DNA of 57,326 nt, filler included, from Sphacelaria rigidula (GCA_964200075.2; 7 parts of 7 records of this genome joined end to end with filler, not necessarily neighbours in it); one strand, 5' to 3'; shown: positions 11,941 to 23,934, counted from the whole stretch's first letter. The notes: generated by a model not told the origin, from the sequence alone. A program made the numbers and translations.

Positions 11941-12404
11941 TTCCCCCCCCCCACCCCCCCTCCTCCCGGAGGACATTTTTTCGGAAATTGTCATGTTTTT
12001 TTTCTAATATTGCTCAAGAAATCGATCAAGGAACACTGACAAAACCCAAAGGTCTGGTGGGCTTTGCGAGGTTCGTCCATTTGCTTCTGATCCTTGCCCG
12101 CTCTGTCCCGATGACCTTATGCCGGCCACGCTTACACACATGTATTCGCACGAGCGCACGCTAGCGACAGCCTGCAGGCAAAGTAGCAACATTATCTTAC
12201 TCCCCGCCAAACTTGCGAGGACTACTGGTGGATACTCGAGACACACGACACGGAACATGATACCATAAATGTAATCATGGGTGAATGTTGAGCTTGGGGG
12301 GGGGGGCGTGTCCGCCATCTCATCGGTCTCTGTACACCGCAGCTGACCGCATCCGCCAACGCCTCGGCAATAAACTAGTAGACAGCAGGCTGTGTGTCCC
12401 CCCC
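11941..12404 (+). mobile_element. Composite repeat 'family C' bounded by C-runs; holds one ~170-bp unit that is tandemly amplified at 56350-57060
   Basis: 11965-12125 matches the 170-bp unit; 12340-12404 (gcagctgaccgcatcc...gtgtccccc) matches 57168-57239. Confidence 0.7.
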
Positions 12405-12415
12405 TCAAAAATCTT

Positions 12416-12449
12416 ATGACTATGGCATGCATGATCATGAGTACACCCC
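12416..12449 (+). mobile_element. 5'-truncated poly(C)-ended mini-retroposon, subfamily B
   Basis: atgactatggcatgcatgatcatgagtacacccc flanked by cccctcaaaaa(a)tct at 12401-12414 and 12446-12460. Confidence 0.75.
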
Positions 12450-12674
12450 TCAAAAAATCTAATTTGTTATAATGGGCCTACGTGTCCAGACATGATTTTT
12501 TCGGCAGACCCTTCTTCTCCTCCTATTCATGAATGGCGTCAATGTCTCTCCGGTCCAAATATTGATTCATATAACGCTGACGTCCAAACTCATACTCAAT
12601 CCAAGTAAAAAATGATCCTTCTCGGAACACGTTTATACAATATTCAATATTCACTCGGTCCAACGCGGTTCCGA

Positions 12675-13140
12675 TGAAATCCAACAGCTGGGACTGTTCC
12701 TTTTGGAACACATCCTGCTCAACGGGCGTGACACAAACACATGACTAGACGCCGACAAATACACAGTGTAGTGCGTGCGTCGCAGGCGATGCTCTCTCGC
12801 GACAACCCGCGCTGTACAATATTGTACCGCCGTACATGCAGCGTAGTACAGCACAGTACCATCGAGCACATGTTTCTCTCCGCAAGCACTGAAGTATTAC
12901 ACGCAGAACTGAATCGAGGTCAACGCGGACATACTCACAACTGCACTATTTGCAAGCGATGAAATCTTCTCCGAGTAATGAAATCCAAGAGCCGTGACTC
13001 TTCCTGTTGGAACTCACCTGGCGCAACGGGCGTGACACAAACACATCACGGAACGCAGTAAAAAATACACCGTGCGTGCATGGCAAGCGACGCTTTCTCG
13101 CGACAACCGCGCTGTACAATACATTGTACTACCGTCTGTT
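12675..13140. repeat. Diverged tandem duplication, period ~303 bp
   Basis: atgaaatccaa...caacgggcgtgacacaaacacat...ctcgcgacaac-cgcgctgtacaat occurs at ~12675 and ~12978. Confidence 0.75.
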
Positions 13141-13340
13141 CTGTGCGCTCCAGATCGGCTATGTACAGTTATGCACTACTGCTGTACTGTACTGTCCGTA
13201 ATGATAGAGGTGCACATGTTCTTCCGCACACCACTCTGAACTCAAGACAAATGTAAACAAGTATGTCTCGACCAACGTGCGGGCGCGAAACACGGGTGAT
13301 ATTGACATGACATCGTGCAACACGACACACGGTAGCTCAC

Positions 13341-13438
13341 CGAACTGCGTCCCTCCATACTCCCTCGCAACACGCTCCCGAACGATGTAGTTTTTCTCTT
13401 CGGTAAAGGGCGGTGTTGAGTGAACACCAGGGTTCCAT
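13341..13438 (-). CDS. Possible exon or pseudo-exon with a Myb/SANT-like repeat (WNPGVHSTPPFTEEKNYIVRERVAREYGGTQF)
   Basis: AG acceptor and G|GTGAG donor; loose resemblance to the Myb pattern P(W/F)TxEEDxxIxxxVxxYG. Confidence 0.25.
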
Positions 13439-15673
13439 CTTATATTGTTGGATATGTGTACTTTCATGCGTTATCTGACATTTGCCGCAGGTAAACTCCG
13501 CCTTCCGGTTTACGGATATCATGCTAGCTCCGTCTGTTGTGTGCGGGTAGATTCAAAAATGATGTTCGTTGGACCGGCGGGTCCGCACAAATGTCCTGTG
13601 GAACTGGTTCGACTCTACCAGCAGGTTCTGTTTATGCCTGCGCCAGCAGACATACGCGGGGCAGTCTGCAGCAACAGAGAACCGCATCATTTCTGAACCT
13701 GTGTGCAGATCTGTGCTTTGGTTTGGAGAAGGATTGTGCACCAACTCGAGGAATATGAGTTGATTGTATTATTCGATCATCTGTCCAGACTCATGAATAT
13801 TTGATTGTTATCAACTGGGGTTGGTTGCTTGATTAAATCAACTACCCATGATCAGGTGAGCTCTTGTCGCAACTATCACTTTTCGGAAATTCACTTTTGA
13901 TTTTTTTTTGCTCCAATAACGACCGGTCTTGACTCTTTTCGACAAGCGCTTTTGTCCAGATCAAAGCTCAGATCTCCACACATGTACGAAAATGCGGCGG
14001 TTCTGGAAGTGGCCGTGAGTCCAATATCTCCGTACTGCTGCAGACGAGGCGCAGCAAGGTAACACAAAGCCTACACGCCGAACCACGAAAACCCATGCAC
14101 ACACCCACCACTCATGCGCATTAGCTCTAGCGCTAGCTCTTGATTATCTACACACGGCAGTCGGAAATCCATCCAGTTTTGAATAAGAGAAGTGGCCGCG
14201 TGTGCGTCTCATTGCAACTGAAAACTTACCTTTGCTGAATGTTGTGAGCGTGTGCTGTGCGCGCGTCTCACGCAAATCATCATTTCTCACCGAATTCTGA
14301 TCCGATTTGAGCCAGGTCACGCACAACATGCTCAGCTGATGAGCAGCTATGGATCGAGCTTTGTGCTTTGGTTTGCGAGGCCAAATGCGATCTTCAGGTT
14401 CGCGGTTAATTGTGTTGAGTTGCTTGTCAAGCCTTTGGTTATGCCCCTCGCAACTGGACGTTTTATGTTCCCGTTCGAGGTGTCACTAAATAACTTTGGC
14501 GTAAGTGATTCTCTGGCGCATGGGTGGGGTGTCGCAGCAACCAATCACGCCCTTTTTTCCAACAGCGATTATTTTGGAAAGTGACAGTCACGTCCGATAA
14601 GAACCCGCTTCAGATGATTGCTTTGAAAGTGTCAGAGCAACAAATGAACCCCAATGACCCGATATTTCATGGTGAATCATTTCACTGCGCACGCGCACGG
14701 CGGCAGCATTGCCCTGTGTGCGCTATGTCTCTCTTGCGCGCCTCAGAATTCGAAAGTTATCTTCACACGCCTTGAGTACATAAAACGGTTACTTAAAATA
14801 AAACTGTTGGAAAACGTGTTATTGAAAAACGGCTCTTCTCATAGTGGGTTTTTGACACATCAGAAGCGACGTTGTATTAGTCGTTTTTAATATTGTTACT
14901 ATTGCTGTTATTGCTGTTGTTAAGCTTGAACTCCACTTTTTGGCGCGCTTGAGATTCCTTACAAGAAAATGAAAAACAAGAAGCACCGCATGCCGTCTTC
15001 GTGTCTTATTTCAAGCGCTTTAGCTTGGAAAATAATCGCGTTGTAAACTCTGCTCCGCTCTGTCTCAATCTCATTTTCACACATCTTTCTCTTCTTTCTC
15101 CCCACAAACGTTTCTTTGAAACACGGACCTTACACGATTACACAACCAGCGCTGGGCACATGAGTATATATGTATATATACGATGGCTTCGGCGGCTTCC
15201 GCCGCCACGCTCAATGAGATCGATAGCCAAGATACATGAGGACCGGTCATCGTTACTCGCAGTAGATGGCGGAACAGATCATAGCTTCAAGTGCAGTATA
15301 TTGCGCTGTGTGCGTCTGGAGACCCGTGTCCCGGGGGCAGGATATGAAGAAGAGGCTTAATGATGTTTTGACGATTGTACCGATACGGTAGAACGGGCAA
15401 AAGACTACCTCCACCGTCGAAGAACATCGAAGAACAGATACGAAGACACTCATTACGTTTTCCACCCACAACAACGGATAGGAACCCGATACCCGGGGAC
15501 ACAAAGACTTGCGAAAGGCACACACGAGTGTTCGCAACCATGAATCCAGTACATTTGCACCGCAGAGACACTCATTGTACGGAACAGGGTCCAGAAACAG
15601 CAACTGAAAAAGCAAAGAATATTCATTCCCCCTCCTTCGTGTGGACAACGAAGCAGGCAATACCCGCAGTGTA

Positions 15674-16040
15674 CTCCCTCTGGGCGGATTTATAAGCAAG
15701 GTTCGGACCAGAAGCGGTCTAACTCGGGCATATGAAGGTCTTTTTCCGAACCGTTCTTTTAACTGTTCTTGGACCGCCGCTGCGGAACGCACAGAACCCC
15801 TGCCTTTCAGAGGTCGCACCGAAAATTTTCATCACACACCCCAGCAGAAGTTGCTCGAAATCACCACCCCAACTTTGGACCACCGCCCAAAAGCCTTCCC
15901 ATCTGCTGGTGAGACATGTCTGCTGCTGACAACGCCTCCAAGGGGCAAAAACGCAAGAATTTGGATGATCCAGAGAGAGAAGAAGTCATTCGGTACCTGT
16001 TGACATGCAGCGTCGATGGGGTTCTAAAGCGTGGTCTACG
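15674..16040 (+). mobile_element. 5' end of a plant-type (Stowaway/DD39D-like) mariner transposon
   Basis: TA|CTCCCTCTGGGCGGATTTATAAG resembles the Stowaway TIR; the ORF from 15916 (MSAADNASKGQKRKNLDDPEREEVIRYLLTCSVDGVLKRG) resembles the N-terminus of Osmar/Ppmar-type transposases; similarity stops at ~16040. Confidence 0.7.
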
Positions 16041-16308
16041 GTGCCCCAAACCGGGGATGATAACGAAATATCCCCCCCTTTTCGAGAGGGGACTCTTTAT
16101 TTTTTTGCATCAAATGTCGTGCCCCATTCGTACGGGGTATTCCGGGTTGTGGAACCTGTGACGGGGCTTGTTTATCCGTCGCTGGGTACATGAAAGCTGG
16201 ATCTCCACCGACATGACTGACCAGGGGATTTTTACGCACAATCCCCCCCCCCCCCCCCACCCCCCCGGTTGTTCACCCCCCCCCCCTACCGCCCCACAAC
16301 CACAACCC

Positions 16309-16408
16309 NNNNNNNNNNNNNNNNNNNNNNNNNNNNNNNNNNNNNNNNNNNNTTAATTAATTAANNNNNNNNNNNNNNNNNNNNNNNNNNNNNNNNNNNN
16401 NNNNNNNN
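16309..16408. other. Artificial contig linker
   Basis: N44-TTAATTAATTAA-N44. Confidence 0.98.
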
Positions 16409-16482
16409 GTTTCGTGCAGATGCCAGAAACGTCATTTCTAACCAGCCTCATTGGTCGTTCTGGAGGCCCGGTCCCAAAAGGG
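16409..16482 (-). mobile_element. piggyBac-like element end
   Basis: ...ggtcccaaaaggg|TTAA terminus; inverted match to 24446-24512. Confidence 0.7.
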
Positions 16483-17521
16483 TTAACATTCAGAAGAACC
16501 TTGCACACGGCCTAAAGCCTACTAGGGAGCGAAGTAGTCTACCTGTAGTCCATCCGACCTGTAGGGGAACAAAATGGCCACTTTGATCGCCGTCATTGGT
16601 CAGTATGGTCACTCCGCTCCTTTCGGGCCACGTTCCTGGCTTCTAAGTTTGCGTGGGAAACTTCCAGACACACATGGTTGACTTGATGAGCTTGTCGGCT
16701 GTTCTGAGAACAAAAGCCCCCCACCCCCCTGCCCAAAACCACCCCCCCGCCCGCTGGAACCCCCGGATGTCCCTGACTGTCAGCCTGTGAAACTGTTTCG
16801 CAGCGACGCTTGCCGGTAAGGATTAACCCTTGAGACCGCGAGGATAGTCCATCTGGATCATGAATACTTCGTGTGAGTTAAATTGATGTCGATTCAACAG
16901 ATGGTCCTACTTTTGCCGCCTGAGGGTTCATTATTGTACAACGAACCGTACATATTGTAGTGCCGAGTGCCGGGTGTCGATTAAAAGCAACCGTTTTGTG
17001 GTCTTCGGCAGCCGAGACGTACAGTAATTGGCAGCAGACACAAACACGCCAAATAAATGAGGCGAGGCTAGAAGATATTATACGAGTAGTACACAATGAC
17101 CCGTGCCATATATATGCACATTGGGCCATCTTCTACGCAACTGTACTGTTGTACTGAACTACAGTTGTTGTACGAGTATAACACGGCAGGAAGCCAGCCC
17201 TGCCCTTCTACTGCAAGTGAAACCCCGTGCCTGGCGGAGAAACCCGTAGAAAAGTGGAAACTGCCGAGAAAGCAGTGGACATTCCACATGACAGTACAGG
17301 ACACTTTCAGTGACTTGTGTTGATGGCTGGATTATACCCCGCACGAGAAACCCGAACAGATACTGCCCCTGTCATGCACTGCATCGGTGCGAGAGTACGG
17401 TATGCTACAACAGTCCTTTTATAGAAGTAGGTCCAGGAATGCAGCGCACAGCAGTACCGTACTGTTGTAGTGAGTTCCCCACTACACTCCTAGTACTACG
17501 CGGCAAACTGCACTACTGCAC

Positions 17522-17680
17522 CTTGTAGTCGTTTGTCAAGATTTTGGTCATGATGAAGAGCATAAACAGGGTGCCGGCGGCGGTGGTCAACATCTGCCTC
17601 ATCCATCCTCCGCGCAGATTCAAACGACTCCTGTCGGGGTACGCAGTGGCCACATTGGGGTCATCTCCTAGGCGAGGCAT
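17522..17680 (-). CDS. Coding exon of an unknown, probably membrane-anchored protein (MPRLGDDPNVATAYPDRSRLNLRGGWMRQMLTTAAGTLFMLFIMTKILTNDYK)
   Basis: TGCAG| acceptor at 17723, GCCATG start, GC3-rich codons, hydrophobic segment, AAG|GTGCAG donor. Confidence 0.5.
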
Positions 17681-19141
17681 GGCTTCTCCCCGGTTGGGGT
17701 AGCAAGTAGTTTGCGGCAAACCCTGCACGGCAACAGTGACACTCTGAATTACGAATGTTTTGCATTTGTCAGTATTTAAATACACACCACCTACACATAC
17801 TATTTTCCAAGTAAACAATGACGAGAGTTCTGCCACGGGAACATTGTAGTGTTCTGCTTCACCAGAATAGCGACGCTGGCTATCAGGTATATAGGCGCCA
17901 ACACACATTTGGCTTTTCTCCCTAACTGCGCTGGCTGTGCAAAGCCCTTCCGCAAGGCGTGGGGGACATTCGACGGGTTGATCTATGTGAGTTTTCAGGA
18001 TGCCAAGCGTTGAAGCCCTCCCCCTACGAACCCGTGTCAACTGCTTGCTGCTTCCCTTTTCGGAATTTTTAAGGGCAAGTCTTACGAAAGGCTTCTTGTG
18101 CCTCCGGGATGGATCAGCGTATTTTGCCTGAGAGTCTCATGTATTGCTTCGGTTTGTCTCGATACTGCTGCTACTGCTGTGGAGTCGGAAAATGCTTGAC
18201 TCGCTTCGCTGCTTGACGTTGGATTGCATATTGTAATGTTATCCGTGATTCTTGTACAGGCGGAGAGTATTTGCAGTACAGTACTGCACCCTGCGCGCTC
18301 TTTCTTTTTCAAGTAGAATTGATGCGATAAATGGAAGGCCGAGGGTGACGAGCTTCTGTCGTGCGACATACGGACTACAACAGTACAGTCAGTACATACA
18401 ACAGTAAAGTCAGTACAGACAACGGTAGGCCCCGAATATACGTGCGGTATGTCGTACGGAGGGTGAAGATCAACCGAGCCACATACTAGAGCCACTCTTC
18501 CAGACGTTATCAATGGAGAAGCCAGCAGTGCTGAAGAAAAGAGACAGATTTCATTTTCAGGTTTCTCTAACACATGACAGCACGGACAATCGCGAAAGAT
18601 TGAGCGCCCTCAGTGTACCTTTCACGGCGTTCTCGGGGACCTAGGAGTCATGCTCTCCCAGCTTATTTTCCCCAGCGGTCAGGGTACAAGCAAAGAGAAT
18701 GTTGTCTCTTTTTTTCACGGTGGCGGGCTACTCTAAAGCTATGCACAGCCGGCAGTATACTGAACGCGCAGTGCATGTTTCCGGGCATTCTGGTCATTTT
18801 CCGCTACAACTACCTTCCTTGTATAAAATAAGCGTACAATGTTGGATAGAAGCACGAAGACGACTTTTCATGGGCACAAATCACCCTGCAGCTGTGCAAA
18901 ATCAGGGTGACTGGTTCTTTCGAAAGTTAGATCCACGGGGGGGGGGGGGCATTATGGTTGCATGGATTTGTTTAAATAGCTCTGTATACGTGAAGTCATT
19001 TTCTGCAGGGGTTTGGTACCGTGTAGGGCGTGTCTTCGCACATTTTTTTTCGATCGAAAAACTGCGGTGGAAAAGAATAATTCAACATGACGGGTTCTCG
19101 GCATTTTCGTTCGTAGCTGCTTTCAACTCTTTCCTATAAGG

Positions 19142-19284
19142 GCACACGAGTTTTCGATCGAAAAAGTTGTGTGAAAAACAAAAATCCTGATCTGATAGGT
19201 CATGATTTCAACCATCTTCAATTACCGGCTATCAGATCAAGATTTTTGTTTTCCACCACACTTTTTGATCCAAAACCCATGTGC
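19142..19284. mobile_element. Small foldback/MITE with ~57-bp inverted arms
   Basis: 19142-19198 pairs with 19229-19284; the TCGATCGAAAA motif also occurs at ~19050 and ~19345. Confidence 0.75.
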
Positions 19285-20550
19285 TAGGACGGGGCCTAAG
19301 TGTGTCGCGCAGACAGGAAGTAAGAACCATAAAACTGAGCTTTGTCGATCGAAAATATGCGGAGGAAAGGCATGAAGCGGCACTTGATTCCTATCTTGCA
19401 CACCACACCAGATACCACCCGTTCACAGAACAATGCGCACCCCCACGCAATCCATTCTCAGCTACTACCGCATCTACCCTGCAGCATAGAGCAGAGTAGG
19501 TGAGCATGACGTGTTCATCTTTTGTTGGCAAAAACTTGAGCATATTATATGGAATGGGCCGGCGACGAGGGTGCGTGGTGGGGTGGGCGACCGACTCGCG
19601 TACATCCTCGTAGACAGTGCAGGCAGGACAAGACTGCACGTTGTTCCAAGTCCTTTTCACTGCACGTTGCCCGCTTCCTTTTCACACTGTACTGTACGGA
19701 ACACGCACACGCACTCAGACATGTTGTATGCAGACAGTTCAGACAGTCCTGTAGACGAGCGAACAAGTACCGCTTAACGAATTTCAGTCTTCTTTCGATA
19801 GAAAGCTTGCAAACTCGCTTGTACCCAACTCGCGAAGAACAGACGAATTCGCTCGAATCAATTCCACCGCACTTTTTTTCAATCAGAGGAAAGTTGCTAA
19901 GCCGAAAACAGCCAGGCAGTAAGTCATCCTTCAAGCACAGTGTCCCACCGTGTTACCCTAGGGTAATACAGTGCAATACCCTCCAGCAAGACGGTACCTG
20001 ATAATGCTGTGCGGTAATAAATGATGGTACAGTAGTCAGTATTGCGAGAATAGTGTACGAGGAGAGTTCAGTACGAATGCAATGCCGTACATAACCCTGG
20101 CAGTACAACGACAACAGACAGAATGACAGTACACCACCGTTCCTTACAGTGATACATACGGCAGTGCAGTGCAGTGCACTACATAACCATCGCCGCAGGA
20201 TATGGCGTCGACACTTCTTATCCGGTTGTCAAACCCCGTGCGGGCAGGCATGACCTGCGCGATCGTGAGACTGTCTGCTGCCGCGGATTCAAGAAGATCA
20301 AATGCCTCTTGCCCTACCATCGTAGGTCACCCACCCTATGCATGTCACCTTCGTACATGTTGGGTGGATGTCAGCTTTTCCCCAATCTGTAGCCCAGATT
20401 GGGAAAAGTCGTGCAAAAATCGAAAAACCCTTCTCTGAGGTCTCCGATCTGGGCCATATTGCGGTCCATAGCCAAGCGACTTCCGACTCTAACCTCCCCC
20501 GATTTGCGTAAAGATGAAGAATTGTCTCGCCACAAAAAATAGTCTGTTGA

Positions 20551-20802
20551 TGGGTGCACCATTCTCTGGGACCCGAGGTTTGTCTACGGCACCGCTCCGC
20601 GGCGCCTGACCCCCGTTGCCCGCTGCGGCACTTCCCTCAGTACGGTGACTGTCTCTGGTATAGGCTCCTCTGTGTTCGAGGGTCAATATGATTTGCATTT
20701 CATCGGGTTCAGGGTTGGGTTGGTGTGAGGGTCAACAAGGGCAGAAGGGACCAGTTTGTACACAAGTCATGACTCTTCGGGCCCGAGAAAATGGTGGACC
20801 CG
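20551..20802. mobile_element. MITE with degenerate ~26-bp TIRs and an internal telomere-like tract
   Basis: tgggtgcaccattctctgggacccga versus reverse complement of the right end cgggtccaccattttctcgggcccga; gggttcagggttgggttgg at 20705-20723. Confidence 0.6.
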
Positions 20803-21208
20803 TACGGTTCCAATTAGTGATTCTGATTGGTTGATGAGTATTGACTGTTGGTGGTTTCGTACAGTCAGTACAAGGGGATGATGATACATGACCAACACCT
20901 CACGATATTGAAATCCTGCTTCCATGTGTCTGCGCATATTTTCAGATTATCCGGAGGAAAATATACATTCCAGCTTTCAGCCACTTTGCAATATACCGTG
21001 GTCGGCCAATTTGTTCACGTTGTAAGGTGACGTGGTGTAGCTCGGTGTTCGCTCTTGTTTCCTAGGCGACCAATGTTGCTTTCTCCTTCCACGTTTTCAT
21101 CAAGGGAACGCGACTACAGTGCACAATCGGCATGCCCCCTTGACCACCGGCCTCGTCTCGGCACAGTATCATCAACTGACAGTCTAGGAGTATCCAAGAG
21201 CTTCCAGA

Positions 21209-21336
21209 GGGGGGGGGGGGGGGGGGGGGCGTACTCATTTTTTCCTTGCCTGAGTCGTTTGATGATTGGCCACAACTGCGGGGGGGGAAAGGAGGGTGTA
21301 CTCATGATCTTGCATGCCATAGTCATCTGACCATTG
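21209..21336 (-). mobile_element. Adjacent poly(C)-ended mini-retroposons: subfamily A (21209-21273) and subfamily B (21291-21336)
   Basis: G-run + cgtactcatttt..cttgcct-agtcgtttga, then G-rich run + tgtactcatgatcttgcatgccatagtcatctgaccattg. Confidence 0.7.
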
Positions 21337-22423
21337 CGGGGTGGGCTGCGTTTCATTTTGCTACCCTCCTTGACCGCCCGAGTGCGTGATGTGGGTCTTG
21401 TGTCTATTATTCAAGTGCAATGATGCCGATTTGACAGATTCCAGATTGCCCACTCTGATTGTCGAAGGTCTTGTAGAGGGTGCAGATTCTCAGATCCAGT
21501 CGTGAAGCTTACGCGTTGGTCTAAGAATGATTGATGACTTGATTTTGGAGTAAACACCGATGTTCGGATCTTTAGAGTGGCTGACAGTCCCGAGTGCTCC
21601 TGACACGCTTGCCCAGGATGCTTATTTGTCCAAATCGGCGCCGATGTGAAGTCTCTAAACAAGGCACATTTTGCCTGGAGCAAATTTTGCACACCCCTTG
21701 CCGGAGGGCTCTCGCATGCCTTGGTCGAGGTCAGGGTTGGTGTTGGGATGAGGGTTAGCGTGAGTTTTAAATCATAAATTTCCGAGAAAGCTCTGTCAAC
21801 CATTCTCACGACCCACAGCGTAAGCACCGCTCCTCACATCGTCAGAGGAATGCCACCACTTCAATCATGCGTACACCCTGGAGAGTTCTGGGTCGGGCAA
21901 CACACCTGTCGTGAAGTGACGATTTCACCGGAGTGACTGGTCGAAATGGTCATGATCTTCCCCTACAAAACGCCCAAAATTGTCCGTCTGCCGGGGGTGG
22001 AGGTGTTGACCATTTGAGCAACTAATCAAGCGATGAAGCGCACAGAGTGGGGGTGACTTGTTGCTCTGCGCAGTCATTTCCGCCTCACCTACCGCAACTT
22101 GTGCGATCAAGGCAGCTGTACTCTGTACGCATGTTGTCGTAGTGTAACACCGTCACACCGACAGTAGAGATGACTACAGCCTGCTGTAGACCGTGTAGAT
22201 GGATTTCTACCGCCCGAAGCAGTTGGCGTCTATCTGATCACCCTGACACGAAACACAACAAGCCGAAGCGCAACACAGCGCCCGCACCATTACCGTTGAA
22301 TAGACATGAACAGGCGCAACACCGAATCAAATACGTGAGACATGTGTGTGCCATCGAATCGGGCAGGCGCCCATTGGAAAACAGGGGGTTTGATGAGCAG
22401 GAGGGCACATGCAGTAGAGTTAA

Positions 22424-22722
22424 CCGGCGTTGGGCTACAAATGTTCATGGTTGATATTACGTAGTTTGAATGTGTACAACGAGAATCGGATATTTAGTAG
22501 GGCTGGCAGTTCCGTGTGCTCCTCGCGTGCGCAGGACGCGTTTTGGTTGAAATCGGCACCACAGGCGCCAATTTGGGGTCTACCAAGGCTGCACTTTGCC
22601 CAGGGAATACTATGCACCGCCCTTACCCGAGCGTTCTCGGTATGCATTGGGTTGGGGTTAGGGTTAGGGGTAGCGATACTCGTAAAATGTGTCAACCATG
22701 AACATTTGTAGCCCAACGCCGG
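22424..22722. mobile_element. 299-bp MITE with perfect 31-bp TIRs, TTAA flanks and internal TTAGGG repeats
   Basis: ccggcgttgggctacaaatgttcatggttga at both ends; TTAA at 22420-22423 and 22723-22726; gggttggggttagggttagggg at 22649-22670; truncated copy at 34978-35205. Confidence 0.92.
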
Positions 22723-23300
22723 TTAACTAGCCTCGGCACATTCAACCCCCATCTTGACCCGCCCGTGACGAAGTTCTGGAGCTGACCCTGTTTTATCAAG
22801 AAAATCCGCGAGTTGCCATGTCCGACTGGCGTCCATCTACGCCCATGCCTGCAGGCCATTTTCTAAAATCCGGAACGCATGAGCTTTGCATTTCGAAGCA
22901 GTTTATGAGAAAATGTGTTCTACAGGGTTAATTATTTTATGGCACGATTTTTGTTCGGGAGCCGTTACCTCACGTGCACGCACGCACATACCTTCTTCGC
23001 AATCGAGATCACACCCCTCCATAGCAAACGGCAAACTCGCCCCCGTCGCCTTCAAAGACGAAACCGCACTAGACCAACTAAATGAAGGGCAACTCCAACC
23101 ACCATTTTGTACCGCTACTGCGCAGCACTGCCGGCTAAACAGAGGAGCAGCAGCTATAGCAACAACAGCAGGAGCCGCGCCCTCTGCAAGGTAAGACAGC
23201 CTGCACACCTACCTTGTATCCGCGCGGCAGATACCAGCAGTAAAAAGGCGCTCTCGAGTGGTGGCAGCCTTCTGCGAGACAGTTGGCCACAAGATCCAAC

Positions 23301-23934
23301 ATGAGCGGGAACACAGGGGACGTCAAGTACTGGGACACCAGCTATGGAAAGGTACGTACAGTCCGGTGTACACGCGGTATAATTCAGTACCCTGAGTCTC
23401 CTTCGAAACAGGCGACCAGGGGGAGGAAATAGAAGGATGCTATATCTGGGAAGAAACAAGGCATCAGCACCGACAGGAAACGTATTGGTGCACCCGTGGC
23501 GACCCTGTCATAGGATGGATGCGTAACGCACGCACATATACATGTGTGTACGTACATTTGAGTTGATACTGTTGTTGCTGTTGTTGTTGGTGGTGATGTT
23601 ACTGTTGCTGTTCTCCACGTGTCATTTCTTTTCATTTTGCGTTGTGGACGGTGTAGAAGACCCTTCTCCCCGCGGGCATTTGTATGTGGTAATCTATACC
23701 CTCCATTGACTAGATGGTTTGGTGTGCAGTCGTTGATGAGCTTCTTCAACCATTGATATTGAAACACACACACAAAAAAAGGCGCTGGACGAGCTGGAGG
23801 GCCATGTGATGGCGGCGGAAGGTGGAGGGGGGGGCGACTCGCTGTCCGACGCGGCTCACACGGTGAAACGCTTGGCGGGCATGAAGAGGAGCTACAATGT
23901 GGAAATCAAGCTCATGAGCGACCCCGCTTCCAAG
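23301..23934 (+). CDS. Vti1/NPSN-like Qb-SNARE, first two coding exons (23301-23351, 23782-23934); remainder not on this contig
   Basis: Phase-0 GT-AG intron joins MSGNTGDVKYWDTSYGK|ALDELEGHVMAAEGGGGGDSLSDAAHTVKRLAGMKRSYNVEIKLMSDPASK; helical N-terminus resembles the V-SNARE N-terminal domain; probable 5'UTR donor at 23190. Confidence 0.6.

Noticed and set aside
19790-19975. PRVTRWDTVL on the minus strand, like the hAT transposase TRW motif
   Set aside because: A single short motif surrounded by stops.
22430-22716. Two 93-aa ORFs on opposite strands both starting MGYKCSWL
   Set aside because: Artefact of the MITE's TIRs.
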